A stretch of 64,000 nt of DNA, from contig DAOUHE010000178.1 in assembly GCA_034428715.1 (NCBI GenBank), forward strand, positions 27,365-91,364, written 5' to 3'. The position numbers and the translations under genes are program-made. This document shows positions 36,642 through 46,507 of this stretch, in pieces. A model generated the notes under the pieces. The model was not told where the DNA came from, ran no database searches, and was given only the letters and a program-made list of their open reading frames with translations. The DNA comes from Dehalococcoidia bacterium. GTDB lineage: Bacteria > Chloroflexota > Dehalococcoidia > Lucifugimonadales > UBA3495. Positions within the stretch are counted from its first letter, which is position 1. Each line of letters begins with the position of its first letter.

Positions 36642-37568
36642 TCAATTCAACCGTGGGATCACCTCACCGGCAATCAGGTCCAATTGTTCCAACCTCAAAC
36701 CCGCCGGCCCCAGCATTATGGTTTGTGCTCCTACGTCGGCGAAGCTTTGGATCTTCGCGGCGCAGTCATCCGGCGGGCCGAAGACGCAGTTTTCCTCCAC
36801 GTCGTATTGGGGGCCGTAGTAGGCGTGGGTGAACTGCTCTAACTGACGCTTGCACTCAGCCCGGTCGGGACCGACCGAGATATACATGAGTTTCCCGGAT
36901 TGGAGGCCGCCGGGGTCTTTGCCTGACTCCCGGGCGTATCCCAGGACCTTTTGCCAGGCAATAGCGAAATCTTCCGGCCCTCCCCGGCCACCGGATACCC
37001 AACCGTCGGCTTCCTCTGCGCTTCGCTTCAGCACAGCTTCGGCGCTGCCGCCCAAGATTATGGGAATGGATGGCTTCTGGGCCGGCTTGGGGTCGACGTT
37101 CACACCTTCCATGTCGTAATGCCGGCCGTGGAAGGTGACGTCCGGCTCGCTCCACAGCTTTCGCATGACCTCCAAGCCTTCGCGGAACCTGCCCACCCGG
37201 CGGTTCATGGGCACGCCTAAAGGCTCGAATTCATGGTCCCGGCCTCCTAGAGAAATCCCTAGGGTGAGGCGGCCTCCTGAGAGATAGTCCAGGGTGGCGG
37301 TGGTTTTGGCGACCAAGATCGGATTTCTCAGGGCGAACAGCAACACCGAGGTCCCGAGGCGAATCCTGGAAGTGACGGCGGCCGCGGAGGTAAGAAGGGT
37401 CAAGGGGTCCATGATACTTGTTTCGTGGAAGATTCGGTCGATGACCCAAAGGGAGTCGAAGCCCAGATCCTCTGCCCGGCGAAAGAACCGTGTGAACTCG
37501 TCCATCTTGGGCGGCTGACCAGCGAAACTTCCCGGAACCAGCAATCCGATCTTGACGTTGGTGGCCAT
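36642..37568 (-). CDS. LLM-class (luciferase-like), probably F420-dependent, oxidoreductase.
   Basis: 308-aa ORF with FDSLWVIDR...LLTSAAAVTSRIRLGTSVLL...LDYLSGGRLTLGISLGG. Confidence 0.8.
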   Translation of the reverse strand: MATNVKIGLLVPGSFAGQPPKMDEFTRFFRRAEDLGFDSLWVIDRIFHETSIMDPLTLLTSAAAVTSRIRLGTSVLLFALRNPILVAKTTATLDYLSGGRLTLGISLGGRDHEFEPLGVPMNRRVGRFREGLEVMRKLWSEPDVTFHGRHYDMEGVNVDPKPAQKPSIPIILGGSAEAVLKRSAEEADGWVSGGRGGPEDFAIAWQKVLGYARESGKDPGGLQSGKLMYISVGPDRAECKRQLEQFTHAYYGPQYDVEENCVFGPPDDCAAKIQSFADVGAQTIMLGPAGLRLEQLDLIAGEVIPRLN

Positions 37569-37716
37569 GATCTTCTCCTTGGAGTTTTAGTTTTCTAAGT
37601 CACATACGGGTTTTTTAAGCAGGTGGAACGAATCCGCGGTCGTCCCGCTAAGAAACGTAATCGTCCTCCAACATCATGTAATCATGGTCTATCTGATACC
37701 GGCGGGAGAGGCGGGC

Positions 37717-38472
37717 TCACCCGGCAATCAACAACCGGTAGCCAAGGTCGAGTTCTGTTAGCTTACGCAGGTAGCCGACACGGGCATCCCATTCCCCGGT
37801 TTCCAGGTCCTGCCGCAACCTTTGGACGCCACGTTCAACGGCTTCTGGTGCCAGCTGGGCCAGGCTGGAAATACTTGCGCGCACCGATGGATCCAAATAC
37901 GCCTCGGGCCTTCGCCAATAGGCTCCGGCGAACCCGTCGATACAGTCACCGGGCACCGGCACGGGAACGACGGCGACAACGTCCAAATGCTCTTGAACAT
38001 CTTCGACGCTGGGCGCGCGCATCTCCGAGGGCAACGAGAGACACTCTGGGAAGTATTCCACCAGCCAAAATCGCCAGCTTTCCCACGGTTCGAACAGCAA
38101 GATAACCTGCCGCCTCGCCACCCGGCGTAGCTCTGACAATCCCCTGGTCAAATCCGTCCAATGGTGGAGGGTAAAGGTAGCCATAGCCGCATCAAAGGTT
38201 TGATCACGGAATGGCAGCGCTTCGGCCACCGACCGCGTGACGGGACTGGACCCGGGTCTCCGTTGGGAGATCATCGCAGGCGACGGTTCGACGGCGGTCA
38301 CCCGGCGGTCTGTTGGTTCGTAATTGCCCGTGCCGGCGCCCACGTTTATCACGGTTCGTGCATCTCCCAAGGCGTTAACGATCAGCCGTAGGATACGCGG
38401 GTCCGGCCGGCGGGCCGCCGAATAACCGGCGCCGATGGTCTGGTACACCTGATCGCCACAACTTGATGTCAT
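37717..38472 (-). CDS. Class I SAM-dependent methyltransferase.
   Basis: VINVGAGTGNY (motif I) and FDAAMATFTLHHW. Confidence 0.8.
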   Translation of the reverse strand: MTSSCGDQVYQTIGAGYSAARRPDPRILRLIVNALGDARTVINVGAGTGNYEPTDRRVTAVEPSPAMISQRRPGSSPVTRSVAEALPFRDQTFDAAMATFTLHHWTDLTRGLSELRRVARRQVILLFEPWESWRFWLVEYFPECLSLPSEMRAPSVEDVQEHLDVVAVVPVPVPGDCIDGFAGAYWRRPEAYLDPSVRASISSLAQLAPEAVERGVQRLRQDLETGEWDARVGYLRKLTELDLGYRLLIAG

Positions 38473-38515
38473 GGAGTATCTACCTCAAGGAAAGGCGTTG
38501 GGATTTACCTTGAGG

Positions 38516-39331
38516 TTAGCCGGCCTCGACGCCCGAAAGGAACTCCAGCACCCGGCGGACATATTTTTGCGGTGCTTCCGAGTGGGGCATTACCTCTCCC
38601 CATTGGGCGTTGGGCACTAGGCGGTGCACCTCTTCGGCGATGGGTCTGGGATGAATATCGTTGCCGCCGGGCATGATCAGGGTGGGGACTCGGATACCCT
38701 TGAGGGCTTCCTTGGTCATCCCCAGACTGACATAGGGGCCGTCGAACAGGGCCGAAATCGTACCCCGCATCACCTGGGCGAAGTCCTCTGGGTCCATTGC
38801 TTCCAAGGTCTGGCGGTACTCCTCGTCGTATTGGGCCCGCTCGGGAGTGAAGGGCGAAAACCGGTCGTCGGGGTCAAACGCGTCGATGATTGGTTTAATG
38901 CCCTGTGTCAAAGCCATATCCAGGCTCTTGAAAAGTTTAGCGCCCAGATAGGCGTTGCAGATGACGCCGCCGGCAATGTTGGAGGGAAAGATGGCCCTAA
39001 CCCTTTCGGGCCGGCGGGATGCGCAGCCAAATGAGGTGGCGGCGCCAAATGAGCCACCGCCCAGGTAGGCCTGCTCAATGTCCAAAACGTCCATCAGGCC
39101 GAAAACGTCCTGGCAAACGTTGTCCCAGGTCTGAACCACCAAAGGGCTGTTCGACTTGCCGCCGAACCGCCGGTCGTATGTAATGACCCGGTGTTCTTGA
39201 GCCAACTCTTTGATCACGGAAAAATAGCTGATGCCTTTACCCTGTAGACCCCCGGCCGACAATATGAGGGGAGGGCCGCTGCCGGCCTCCTCGTAATAGA
39301 TCTCCGCGCCCTGGACTTTGGCTGTAGGCAT
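38516..39331 (-). CDS. Alpha/beta hydrolase.
   Basis: Start moved to ATG 39331 (MPTAKVQGAEIYYEEAGSGPPLILSAGG). The nucleophile elbow is GGGSFGA. The longer 388-aa ORF would overlap the divergent gene. Confidence 0.75.
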   Translation of the reverse strand: MPTAKVQGAEIYYEEAGSGPPLILSAGGLQGKGISYFSVIKELAQEHRVITYDRRFGGKSNSPLVVQTWDNVCQDVFGLMDVLDIEQAYLGGGSFGAATSFGCASRRPERVRAIFPSNIAGGVICNAYLGAKLFKSLDMALTQGIKPIIDAFDPDDRFSPFTPERAQYDEEYRQTLEAMDPEDFAQVMRGTISALFDGPYVSLGMTKEALKGIRVPTLIMPGGNDIHPRPIAEEVHRLVPNAQWGEVMPHSEAPQKYVRRVLEFLSGVEAG

Positions 39332-39517
39332 TGGTGTTCTCCTTCTGGTCCGTCTATCGAGACCGGTAGTAGCGATTTTGCCCATTATAAAATCCCTGGC
39401 CCAGGTGCACAACGCATGGCCAGCGTGATGGCGGCGGCAGCTAAGGCGTGGGATGCCGGGCCGTGGTAAAATCCTAGCAGCGATCAATAGCCCAACACGA
39501 TTGGAGGAACAGAGCCG

Positions 39518-41839
39518 ATGGCTTCCAACATAGTCTTGTCGAACCAGGAATTTAACGTCGTCGGGACGCGGCCCATTCGTCACGACGGATTGGATAAGGT
39601 CACCGGGAAAGCCCGGTACAGCGCCGACTTCCACCTGCCGGATATGCTCCATGGCAAGGTCCTGCGAAGTCCCCACGCCCACGCCCGGATAAAGTCAATA
39701 AATGCCAGCCGGGCTCTGGCTATGCCCGGCGTAAAGGCCGTAGTCACCTCCGCCGACTTCCCCCAACCCACCGGTAAACTGATCGACCTGGGTGAAGGGG
39801 CGATGGCCAACCCGAAATGGATCACCAACAACCTGATGGCGGCGGAAAAAGCGCTCTACAAAGGCCACGCCGTGGCCGCCGTTGCTGCTGACAGCCTCGC
39901 CTTGGCGGAAAGCGCGCTGGCCTTGATCGACGTGGACTACGAGGTATTACCCTCGGTGGTGCTCGTCGAGGACGCCATGAAAGACAGCGCGCCGGTGTTG
40001 CACGAGCGGCTGGCCAACGTCACCGACTCCAATATTCGCGCCGGCGGTCTTCGGGCGGACGATGACAACGAAAAAAGCACCAACGTCGCCAACCGGTATG
40101 AATTCGAGGCCGGCGACGTCGCCAAAGGGTTTGCCGAGGCCGACGTGGTGGTGGAGCGGGAGTTCCACACCGCGACGGTCCACCAGGGCTACATCGAGCC
40201 CCACGCCGCCACCGCCATGTGGAACCCCGATGGCAAGGTGACCATCTGGTGCAGTAGCCAAGGTCACTTTCAGATTCGGGACAACTCCGCCTTGGTACTT
40301 GGCATCCCTGTTTCCAACATCAAGGTAGTCCCCTTGGAGATAGGCGGCGGATTCGGCGGCAAAACAGTGATCTACCTGGAACCGGTGGCCGCCATGCTCT
40401 CGAAAAAGACGGGGCAACCGGTAAAGATAACCATGAACCGCACTGAAGTGTTCGAAGGCACCGGACCAACGTCGGGCAGCTACGTGCGTTTCAAATTGGG
40501 AGCTAACAAAGCGGGCCGCATCACCGCCGCCGACGCCACCATCATGTATGAGGCCGGTGCTTTCCCCGGGGCGCCCATCAACCAGGCCCTGCAATGCATG
40601 CTGGGGCCCTACGATATCGCCAATGGACGCGTCGAAGGGTGCGACGTGGTGGTCAACAAACCCAAGGCTGCCGCCTACCGGGCGCCGGGAACTCCAGCCG
40701 CTGCCTTCGCCGCCGAGTCGGTGATCGACGAGGTTGCCAATAAATTGGGCATTGATCCACTGGAATTCCGGTTGATGAACGGGGCCAAAGAAGGCACCCG
40801 GAGGATTCCCGGCCCCATGTTCCCCCGCATCGGGTATCTGGAGACGGTTCAGGCAGCTAAAGATCACGAGCATTACTCGGCGCCGCTGTCCAAAGCTCGC
40901 AACGGCGGAAAAGTGGGTAGAGGCGTGGCCACCGGTTTCTGGTTCAACGGGACCGGCCCGGCCAGCGCCACCGCCACGGTGATCTCCGACGGCACGGTTA
41001 GCCTGTTGGAAGGCTCTCCCGACATCGGCGGCAACCGGGCGGCCCTGGCCATGCACCTGGCAGAAGTTCTAGGTATTGCGGCCGAAGACGTGAAACCGGC
41101 CATCGGGGACACCGACGCCGTGGGGTTCACCTCTATGACAGCGGGAAGCGGCGCGACCTTCAAGTCGGGTTGGGCCTGCTTCGAAGCCGCTAACGACATA
41201 AAACGGCAGTTCATTGAAAGGGCCGCCAGGATCTGGGATATCTCTCCCGAAAACGTCCAATACGAGAACGGAATCATCTCCCATACGTCGGACCCCGAGC
41301 TGAAATTCACCTTCAAACAGTTGGCCGGACGGCTCAACGGGAGCGGTGGTCCCATCACCGGCAGAGGCAACGTCGATCCCCGGGGCGTGGGCTCGGCCTT
41401 CGCCGTCCACATGGTGGATCTGGAAGTCGATGAGGAGACCGGCAAGGTGGATATCTTGCGGTATACAGCCTTGCAGGACGCCGGCAAAGCAATTCACCCC
41501 AGCTACGTGGAAGGACAGATACAGGGCGGCGCGGTCCAGGGCATCGGCTGGGCATTGAACGAAGAGTATTTCTTCAACGATAAGAACGAGATGGTCAACT
41601 CAAGCTTCCTGGATTACCGGATGCCCACCAGTCTGGACCTGCCCATGATAGACACGGTAATCGTGGAAGTGGCCAATCCGGGCCATCCTTTCGGTGCTCG
41701 GGGCGTGGGAGAAGTATGCATCGTGCCGCCCCTGGCCGCTGTGGCCAACGCGATACACAGCGCCATCGGTGTCCGGATGGCCACATTGCCGATGTCTCCC
41801 GGCGCCATACTAGAAACACTTTGGGACAATGGCAAGTAG
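39518..41839 (+). CDS. Xanthine dehydrogenase / aldehyde oxidase family molybdopterin-binding large subunit.
   Basis: 773-aa ORF with VGTRPIRHDGLDKVTGKARYSAD, the GGGFGGK motif, and a C-terminal GVGEVCIVPPLAAVANA. Confidence 0.9.
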   Translation: MASNIVLSNQEFNVVGTRPIRHDGLDKVTGKARYSADFHLPDMLHGKVLRSPHAHARIKSINASRALAMPGVKAVVTSADFPQPTGKLIDLGEGAMANPKWITNNLMAAEKALYKGHAVAAVAADSLALAESALALIDVDYEVLPSVVLVEDAMKDSAPVLHERLANVTDSNIRAGGLRADDDNEKSTNVANRYEFEAGDVAKGFAEADVVVEREFHTATVHQGYIEPHAATAMWNPDGKVTIWCSSQGHFQIRDNSALVLGIPVSNIKVVPLEIGGGFGGKTVIYLEPVAAMLSKKTGQPVKITMNRTEVFEGTGPTSGSYVRFKLGANKAGRITAADATIMYEAGAFPGAPINQALQCMLGPYDIANGRVEGCDVVVNKPKAAAYRAPGTPAAAFAAESVIDEVANKLGIDPLEFRLMNGAKEGTRRIPGPMFPRIGYLETVQAAKDHEHYSAPLSKARNGGKVGRGVATGFWFNGTGPASATATVISDGTVSLLEGSPDIGGNRAALAMHLAEVLGIAAEDVKPAIGDTDAVGFTSMTAGSGATFKSGWACFEAANDIKRQFIERAARIWDISPENVQYENGIISHTSDPELKFTFKQLAGRLNGSGGPITGRGNVDPRGVGSAFAVHMVDLEVDEETGKVDILRYTALQDAGKAIHPSYVEGQIQGGAVQGIGWALNEEYFFNDKNEMVNSSFLDYRMPTSLDLPMIDTVIVEVANPGHPFGARGVGEVCIVPPLAAVANAIHSAIGVRMATLPMSPGAILETLWDNGK

Positions 41840-41915
41840 ATTTCCCCTTACCGAGGCTTGAATCTCATGCGATTGAAATAAGCTCCGGCGTAAAGAATAG
41901 GATCATAGATTAACT

Positions 41916-41939
41916 GGGGGCGCACGGCCGTGCGCCCCC
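41916..41939. repeat. Perfect 24-nt GC-rich palindrome, either REP-like or a bidirectional terminator.
   Basis: GGGGGCGCACGG followed by its reverse complement CCGTGCGCCCCC. Confidence 0.8.
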
Positions 41940-41957
41940 ACATAGTGGGCCTACCCA

Positions 41958-42434
41958 ATGGCCAAGCTTAAAACCATCACCCTCGATCCCCATCCGGCGC
42001 TGATTCTCGACGGCCCGTCCGTCGAAGATATCGTGCAGGGATTGGACGGCAATAGGGGCGTTATACTCGCCGCTTTGAGAGATATGGCTGCCTCCCTGCG
42101 AGGAGTCGAAGAGAAAGTCGTCTACGATGGCTTCTGCCAAGAATGGACCCCCGCCTACTACCTGCAAGGCCCCAAAGCCAGGCGGCAAATGTTCCATGTC
42201 CACGACTTCCCGTCGGGATTGCGAGGCACTATCTTTGTTGGGGTAAATACCCTGCAACCGGTAGTGCTGGGTGCCGGTCCGGTGCCGCCGCGCATGAAAA
42301 GTGCCATCGTTGACACGGCTGGGGGCCGGACCAAACAGGTGAGGGTTCACTTGAATACCCGAAGAGACGCCGCCGACTTCTTCAAGTTGGTGCGGGTCAA
42401 GTGGGAGTTCGAGCATGGGCGGTTGGGCTTGTAA
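41958..42434 (+). CDS. Hypothetical protein.
   Basis: 158-aa ORF with no motif I can assign confidently. The YDGFCQEWTPAYYLQG...MFHVHDF pattern vaguely recalls DUF3788-type proteins. Confidence 0.45.
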   Translation: MAKLKTITLDPHPALILDGPSVEDIVQGLDGNRGVILAALRDMAASLRGVEEKVVYDGFCQEWTPAYYLQGPKARRQMFHVHDFPSGLRGTIFVGVNTLQPVVLGAGPVPPRMKSAIVDTAGGRTKQVRVHLNTRRDAADFFKLVRVKWEFEHGRLGL

Positions 42435-42469
42435 CCGGTAAGGAATCAGAACGGTAGTCTAAAAGCGGT

Positions 42470-42495
42470 TAGGGGCACGGCATGCCGTGCCCCTA
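42470..42495. repeat. Perfect 26-nt GC-rich palindrome, either REP-like or a bidirectional terminator.
   Basis: TAGGGGCACGGCA followed by its reverse complement TGCCGTGCCCCTA, between convergent genes. Confidence 0.8.
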
Positions 42496-42527
42496 CGATA
42501 TTGGCGGTTTTGTTAAGTCTGCCGTGC

Positions 42528-43763
42528 CTAGGTGACTGACGCTTCCACTACCGGTTTGTTGGTGGCGGGGTCGACCTCGAAGGGGCTGAACAGTTCCAGT
42601 TCCTTACCAATCTCCTTGACCGCGGGGATTACCTCTTCACCCATCAGGCGCAGGCTGCGCATCTGATCGTCGTGGGTCATGGCCCCGTCGCCGTCCCAGA
42701 AAAAGATGCTGCCCGGACGAAGGTATTCCATTACGTGGCGTATCTTTGGTATTACGGTTTCAGGAGTGCCCGCGATGATGGTGTAGTCTGCGGCCTGCTC
42801 TTCGAAGGGCCTGCGGTTGGTCCCGAACCGGCCTAAGGGGCCGAAAGCCGTAGCCGCGGTTTTTCGTGCCGTCCGGGAAGTGTGGCCCGGCAGGCTTTGG
42901 ATGGCCTGGTTGACCTGCCCTTCGTTGCCCGACAGGAATGGGTTGCTCACTCCGGATAGATACTTGCGGGCGACCTCTTCCGCTTTCTCGTCGGTCTCGT
43001 CTACGTGCACCTTCCAAAGATAGGAAAGGTTCTGGGTGCCCGACTCATATCCGAGTTCCGCCGCGGTGTCGTGGTAAAGCTGGAAGGCGTCTTTGGTAGG
43101 TTCAAGTTTGGTGGCCAGCAGCACCAGGGGATATCGGTGCCCAGCGGTCCATTTGATCGTCTCTTCGCTGACGGTGGAAGGGATCCAAATCTGGGGGTGC
43201 GGCTGCTGTAACGGACGGCACCAGGGATTGACGTACCGGTAATGGTAATGCTTACCCTCCCAGCGGAAAGGCCCCGGTTGGGTCCAAGCCTTGATGATGA
43301 AGTCATGGGCCTCTTCGAACCGCTCCCGGTTGTAGTGGGGAGGGGCGTTGTGGGACCAGCTTTCCCGGCCGCCGCCCCTGACAAAGCCGGAAACCAACCG
43401 GCCGCCGGAGATCATATCGATCATGGACAGCTGTTCCGCCAGGAAGAGCGGGTCTTCCCAAATGGGGAGGACGTTGCCCAGGATGATGATCTTGGCCTTG
43501 CTGGTCTGGCGGGCCAGGATGGACGCGCCCACGTTGGTCACCCCCTGCATGCAGAAGGGTGTGCTGTGGTGCTCATTGAGCATCAGGGCGTCGAAACCCA
43601 TCTCCTCGGCGTAGATCTTTTCGTCCAGGTAGCGGTTGTAAAGTTGGGCGCCCACTTTGGGGTCGTAAAGCTCGTTGCTGATGCCCAGGTCGGTGCTCTG
43701 AGTCCCCATCAGACCCGTAGTATCGTCCTGCCAGGGTTGCTCGGTGAAATGACCGATTAGCAT
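42528..43763 (-). CDS. LLM-class flavin-dependent oxidoreductase / monooxygenase.
   Basis: 411-aa ORF with FDALMLNEHH...ILGNVLPIWEDPLFLAEQLSMIDMISGGRLVSGFVRGGG. Confidence 0.8.
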   Translation of the reverse strand: MLIGHFTEQPWQDDTTGLMGTQSTDLGISNELYDPKVGAQLYNRYLDEKIYAEEMGFDALMLNEHHSTPFCMQGVTNVGASILARQTSKAKIIILGNVLPIWEDPLFLAEQLSMIDMISGGRLVSGFVRGGGRESWSHNAPPHYNRERFEEAHDFIIKAWTQPGPFRWEGKHYHYRYVNPWCRPLQQPHPQIWIPSTVSEETIKWTAGHRYPLVLLATKLEPTKDAFQLYHDTAAELGYESGTQNLSYLWKVHVDETDEKAEEVARKYLSGVSNPFLSGNEGQVNQAIQSLPGHTSRTARKTAATAFGPLGRFGTNRRPFEEQAADYTIIAGTPETVIPKIRHVMEYLRPGSIFFWDGDGAMTHDDQMRSLRLMGEEVIPAVKEIGKELELFSPFEVDPATNKPVVEASVT

Positions 43764-44068
43764 GACAAGTCCTCTCCAAGCGATGGTTCGAGTTAAGGCA
43801 GTTTAGCATTAGGCCCGAACGCATGTCCAGACGGGCCAGGCAAAACCGCCACTGGTAAAAACCCATGAGACTGATTTATATTTGATGGGTTGCTTCGGGC
43901 GGGTAATCAGGATGACATAAACGGACTCGCCCGCATGTGATTTTGCCACCAGCCATCCCATGAGGTCTAAGATAACCAAGTTCCGTGGCAAACTCATATT
44001 CCGCAGGAGTTATCTCGAGGTAACCCGGACGGGAAAAATGTATTCAACGTATTGATTGGGAGGAAAAC

Positions 44069-44827
44069 GTGTCAACTATAAGACCCAATAGAGCCAAGGA
44101 GAAACTAGCCGCTGGACAGGCGGTAACCACCATTTCCGGCCTGTCCAGCAGTGAGATCATCGATTTCATGGGCCCTCTTGGATTTGACGCCGCTTGGATA
44201 GAAGGTGAACACGGTTCAGTTACCTGGGAACAGTTGGGGGACATGACTCGGGCGTGTGACCTGTGGGGAATGGCCCCTATCACCCGGGTAGCTGCCAACG
44301 AACCCTGGTTGATCACCCGCACCTTGGACCGGGGATCCATGGGCATCGTTGTCCCCCACGTAAACTCCAGGGAAGAAGCGGAGAGGGCAGCCCAGTCGGC
44401 AAAATACGCGCCCGTGGGGTATCGAGGTATGTTTGGCGGCCGCCAGTCCTACGGGGTAGGAGACTATTTCCACCAGGCCAATGACCAAACCATGGTGATC
44501 GTATTGCTTGAAGAAGCCAGCGCTTTGAGCAATTTGGACGAAATATTGAAGGTGGACCACATCGACGTATTCTTCGTGGCGCCCTCGGACCTGGCCCAGA
44601 CCATGGGTCACATCGGGAATCCCGGCCACCCCGAAGTCCAGAACGCCATCGACGACGCGATCTCAAGAATCTTGTCTGCTGGGAGGATAGCCGGCACGTT
44701 GGTGAATGACGAAAACGTAGCCCGTTACCTGGAGCAGGGAGTCAGATTCACCATGACTTCCTGGAATGCATGGGTGGCAAGGGGTGCGGCATCGTTTCTG
44801 GACACGGTCCGGGGAACCGGAATCTAG
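44069..44827 (+). CDS. HpcH/HpaI family aldolase.
   Basis: 252-aa ORF with FDAAWIEGEHG...RVA.N....ITRTLDRGSMGIVVPHVNS...VFFVAPSDLAQTMG. GTG start after a GGGAGGA ribosome-binding site. Confidence 0.82.
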   Translation: MSTIRPNRAKEKLAAGQAVTTISGLSSSEIIDFMGPLGFDAAWIEGEHGSVTWEQLGDMTRACDLWGMAPITRVAANEPWLITRTLDRGSMGIVVPHVNSREEAERAAQSAKYAPVGYRGMFGGRQSYGVGDYFHQANDQTMVIVLLEEASALSNLDEILKVDHIDVFFVAPSDLAQTMGHIGNPGHPEVQNAIDDAISRILSAGRIAGTLVNDENVARYLEQGVRFTMTSWNAWVARGAASFLDTVRGTGI

Positions 44828-44885
44828 CTTGCTACTGAGCCTGGCATTGGCTGTTAAACTATTCGATCGCAAGAACTGCGGCGCT

Positions 44886-44949
44886 AAATCCCCCCAACCG
44901 CCCTATGCAAAAGGGGGGCCAGTTCTCCCCCTTTGCAAAGGGGGATTTC
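44886..44949. repeat. REP-like element with two units of the AAATCCCCC...AAAGGGGG family.
   Basis: AAATCCCCCC...CAAAAGGGGGG followed by the 20-nt palindrome TCCCCCTTTGCAAAGGGGGA. Related to 12437-12482. Confidence 0.7.
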
Positions 44950-45014
44950 TACTCTGGCCTGGTTGCTCTCTACGTTCGGCAATTAATGCAAGCCACAGAA
45001 ATCCCCTGCCTCAT

Positions 45015-46331
45015 TCATGGCTGGTCCGTCGAGGGGACCCTGTTCAGGATGTCAATCTTTAGTGGCACCAAGAGCAAAGCTCCCGCCATAAAGAAGGCAC
45101 CGCACCCGATCAAAAGGGCGGAGTAACCCGTGACCGTGTGGGAATACCCGAGAAATTCCACCGTGGGCTCCAATCGGTTGAGCAGGTCTATCCCTGGCCC
45201 CAACACTTTGGCTACTGCAGCACCGCCTATGGTGGATAGGTTGACGAAGCCCATGTGCGCGGCCTCGCGGCCCGAGGTGCCCAGGTCGTTGGCCAATGCC
45301 CAGTTGGCGCTAAGCACGGCGCCCACCGAAAATCCTATGGCGCTGGCTATGAGCAGTACCTGGGTGGCATTTTCCGCCGAAAGCATCCAGATGGTGGACA
45401 CGGCAGCCCCGGTGGCCCCCGCGACCACCAGTGGTTTCCGGCCTATCCGGTCCGATATCCATCCGGTCAGGTAAACGCTCAAGGCCAGAGCTCCGCCGAT
45501 GACCAGGATCATTCTCCCCAAAGCCTGGGCGGGATTATCTACCCCAACCACGTCTTTCAGGAAAAACATGCCGTAGGTTTGGAAGGCGGAGATCGCCGTG
45601 AGGATTAAAAGCCGGGACGCCAGAAACCGGGTCAACTGTGGATGCAATCCCAACGGTCGTTCCGGCTGGGTAACGGGAACATCCGGTGCTTTCTTTTGCT
45701 GGGCCACCACCGTTGAAGAGGTGACGCCGGTGGTAACCAGCATGCTGGCGCCCAGGATCCCGAGAGCTAACCAGATCCAGATACCCGGTGTGGACCCGGT
45801 AGCGAATCCCAGTAATTCGCCTGCGAGGAAAATCAGCACCAAAGCGCCGGTGGCGTCGGAAAGGATCTTATACGAAGAGGCCAGGCCGATACGGTGGACC
45901 GGCACCAGGTCTTGTATCAACGCCTGGTACGGGCCATAACCGATGTTGATGCTTCCCTGGATGAACAGCCAAGCCACCAACAGCACCGCGTAGTTGGGTG
46001 CCAGCCCTACGACCACCAGACCTAGACAGAGGAAGGCGGACCCCCAGAGTAGGAATGGCACCCGTTTGCCCAGCTTTGAACGCGTCCGGTCGCTTATGGA
46101 ACCGATACGCAGTTGGACCAGGGCTGCTACCATGAGGCCGCTGACGCCCAGAATACCCAAATAAGTGTTCTTTAGCTCGTCGGCAACCAGGAAGAGGGTC
46201 AGGGCGGGGAGGATCATGACGTCCATGGTCAGGCCGACGCCGTTGGTGCCGAAACCAAATGCGCTCAACCGCAGCAACGCCAGGTTGCCCCATTGTGATT
46301 CCGGATTTTCTTCCGCCACTGGGCTGCTCAT
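45015..46331 (-). CDS. MFS transporter.
   Basis: 438-aa ORF with about 12 predicted TM segments and SDRTRSKLGKRVPF / SDRIGRKP loop motifs. Confidence 0.85.
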   Translation of the reverse strand: MSSPVAEENPESQWGNLALLRLSAFGFGTNGVGLTMDVMILPALTLFLVADELKNTYLGILGVSGLMVAALVQLRIGSISDRTRSKLGKRVPFLLWGSAFLCLGLVVVGLAPNYAVLLVAWLFIQGSINIGYGPYQALIQDLVPVHRIGLASSYKILSDATGALVLIFLAGELLGFATGSTPGIWIWLALGILGASMLVTTGVTSSTVVAQQKKAPDVPVTQPERPLGLHPQLTRFLASRLLILTAISAFQTYGMFFLKDVVGVDNPAQALGRMILVIGGALALSVYLTGWISDRIGRKPLVVAGATGAAVSTIWMLSAENATQVLLIASAIGFSVGAVLSANWALANDLGTSGREAAHMGFVNLSTIGGAAVAKVLGPGIDLLNRLEPTVEFLGYSHTVTGYSALLIGCGAFFMAGALLLVPLKIDILNRVPSTDQP

Positions 46332-46507
46332 CCCCCACCAAACTGTTTCAGGCCGGCCCAGGCCGGCTCAAATCGATGATCCTAGTGGTAGTTTATAATA
46401 CATCAGGCGTAACCTGACCAGCGAAGAATCTGGCGCCATTTCAGCGGTTTTCCGGTTTCACGCCTTCGATTCTGAATTACCTCAATTGATCTTGAGGCCG
46501 GAGCATA

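Noticed and set aside
39947-41056. Long antisense ORFs: 369 aa opposite the molybdoenzyme gene, and similar ones at 20613-21290, 19685-20548, 12788-13687, 28310-28930 and 43242-43760.
   Set aside because: These are typical GC-rich shadow ORFs. They have Arg/Gly/Pro/His-rich low-complexity translations and no recognisable motifs, and each overlaps a strongly supported gene on the other strand or in another frame.
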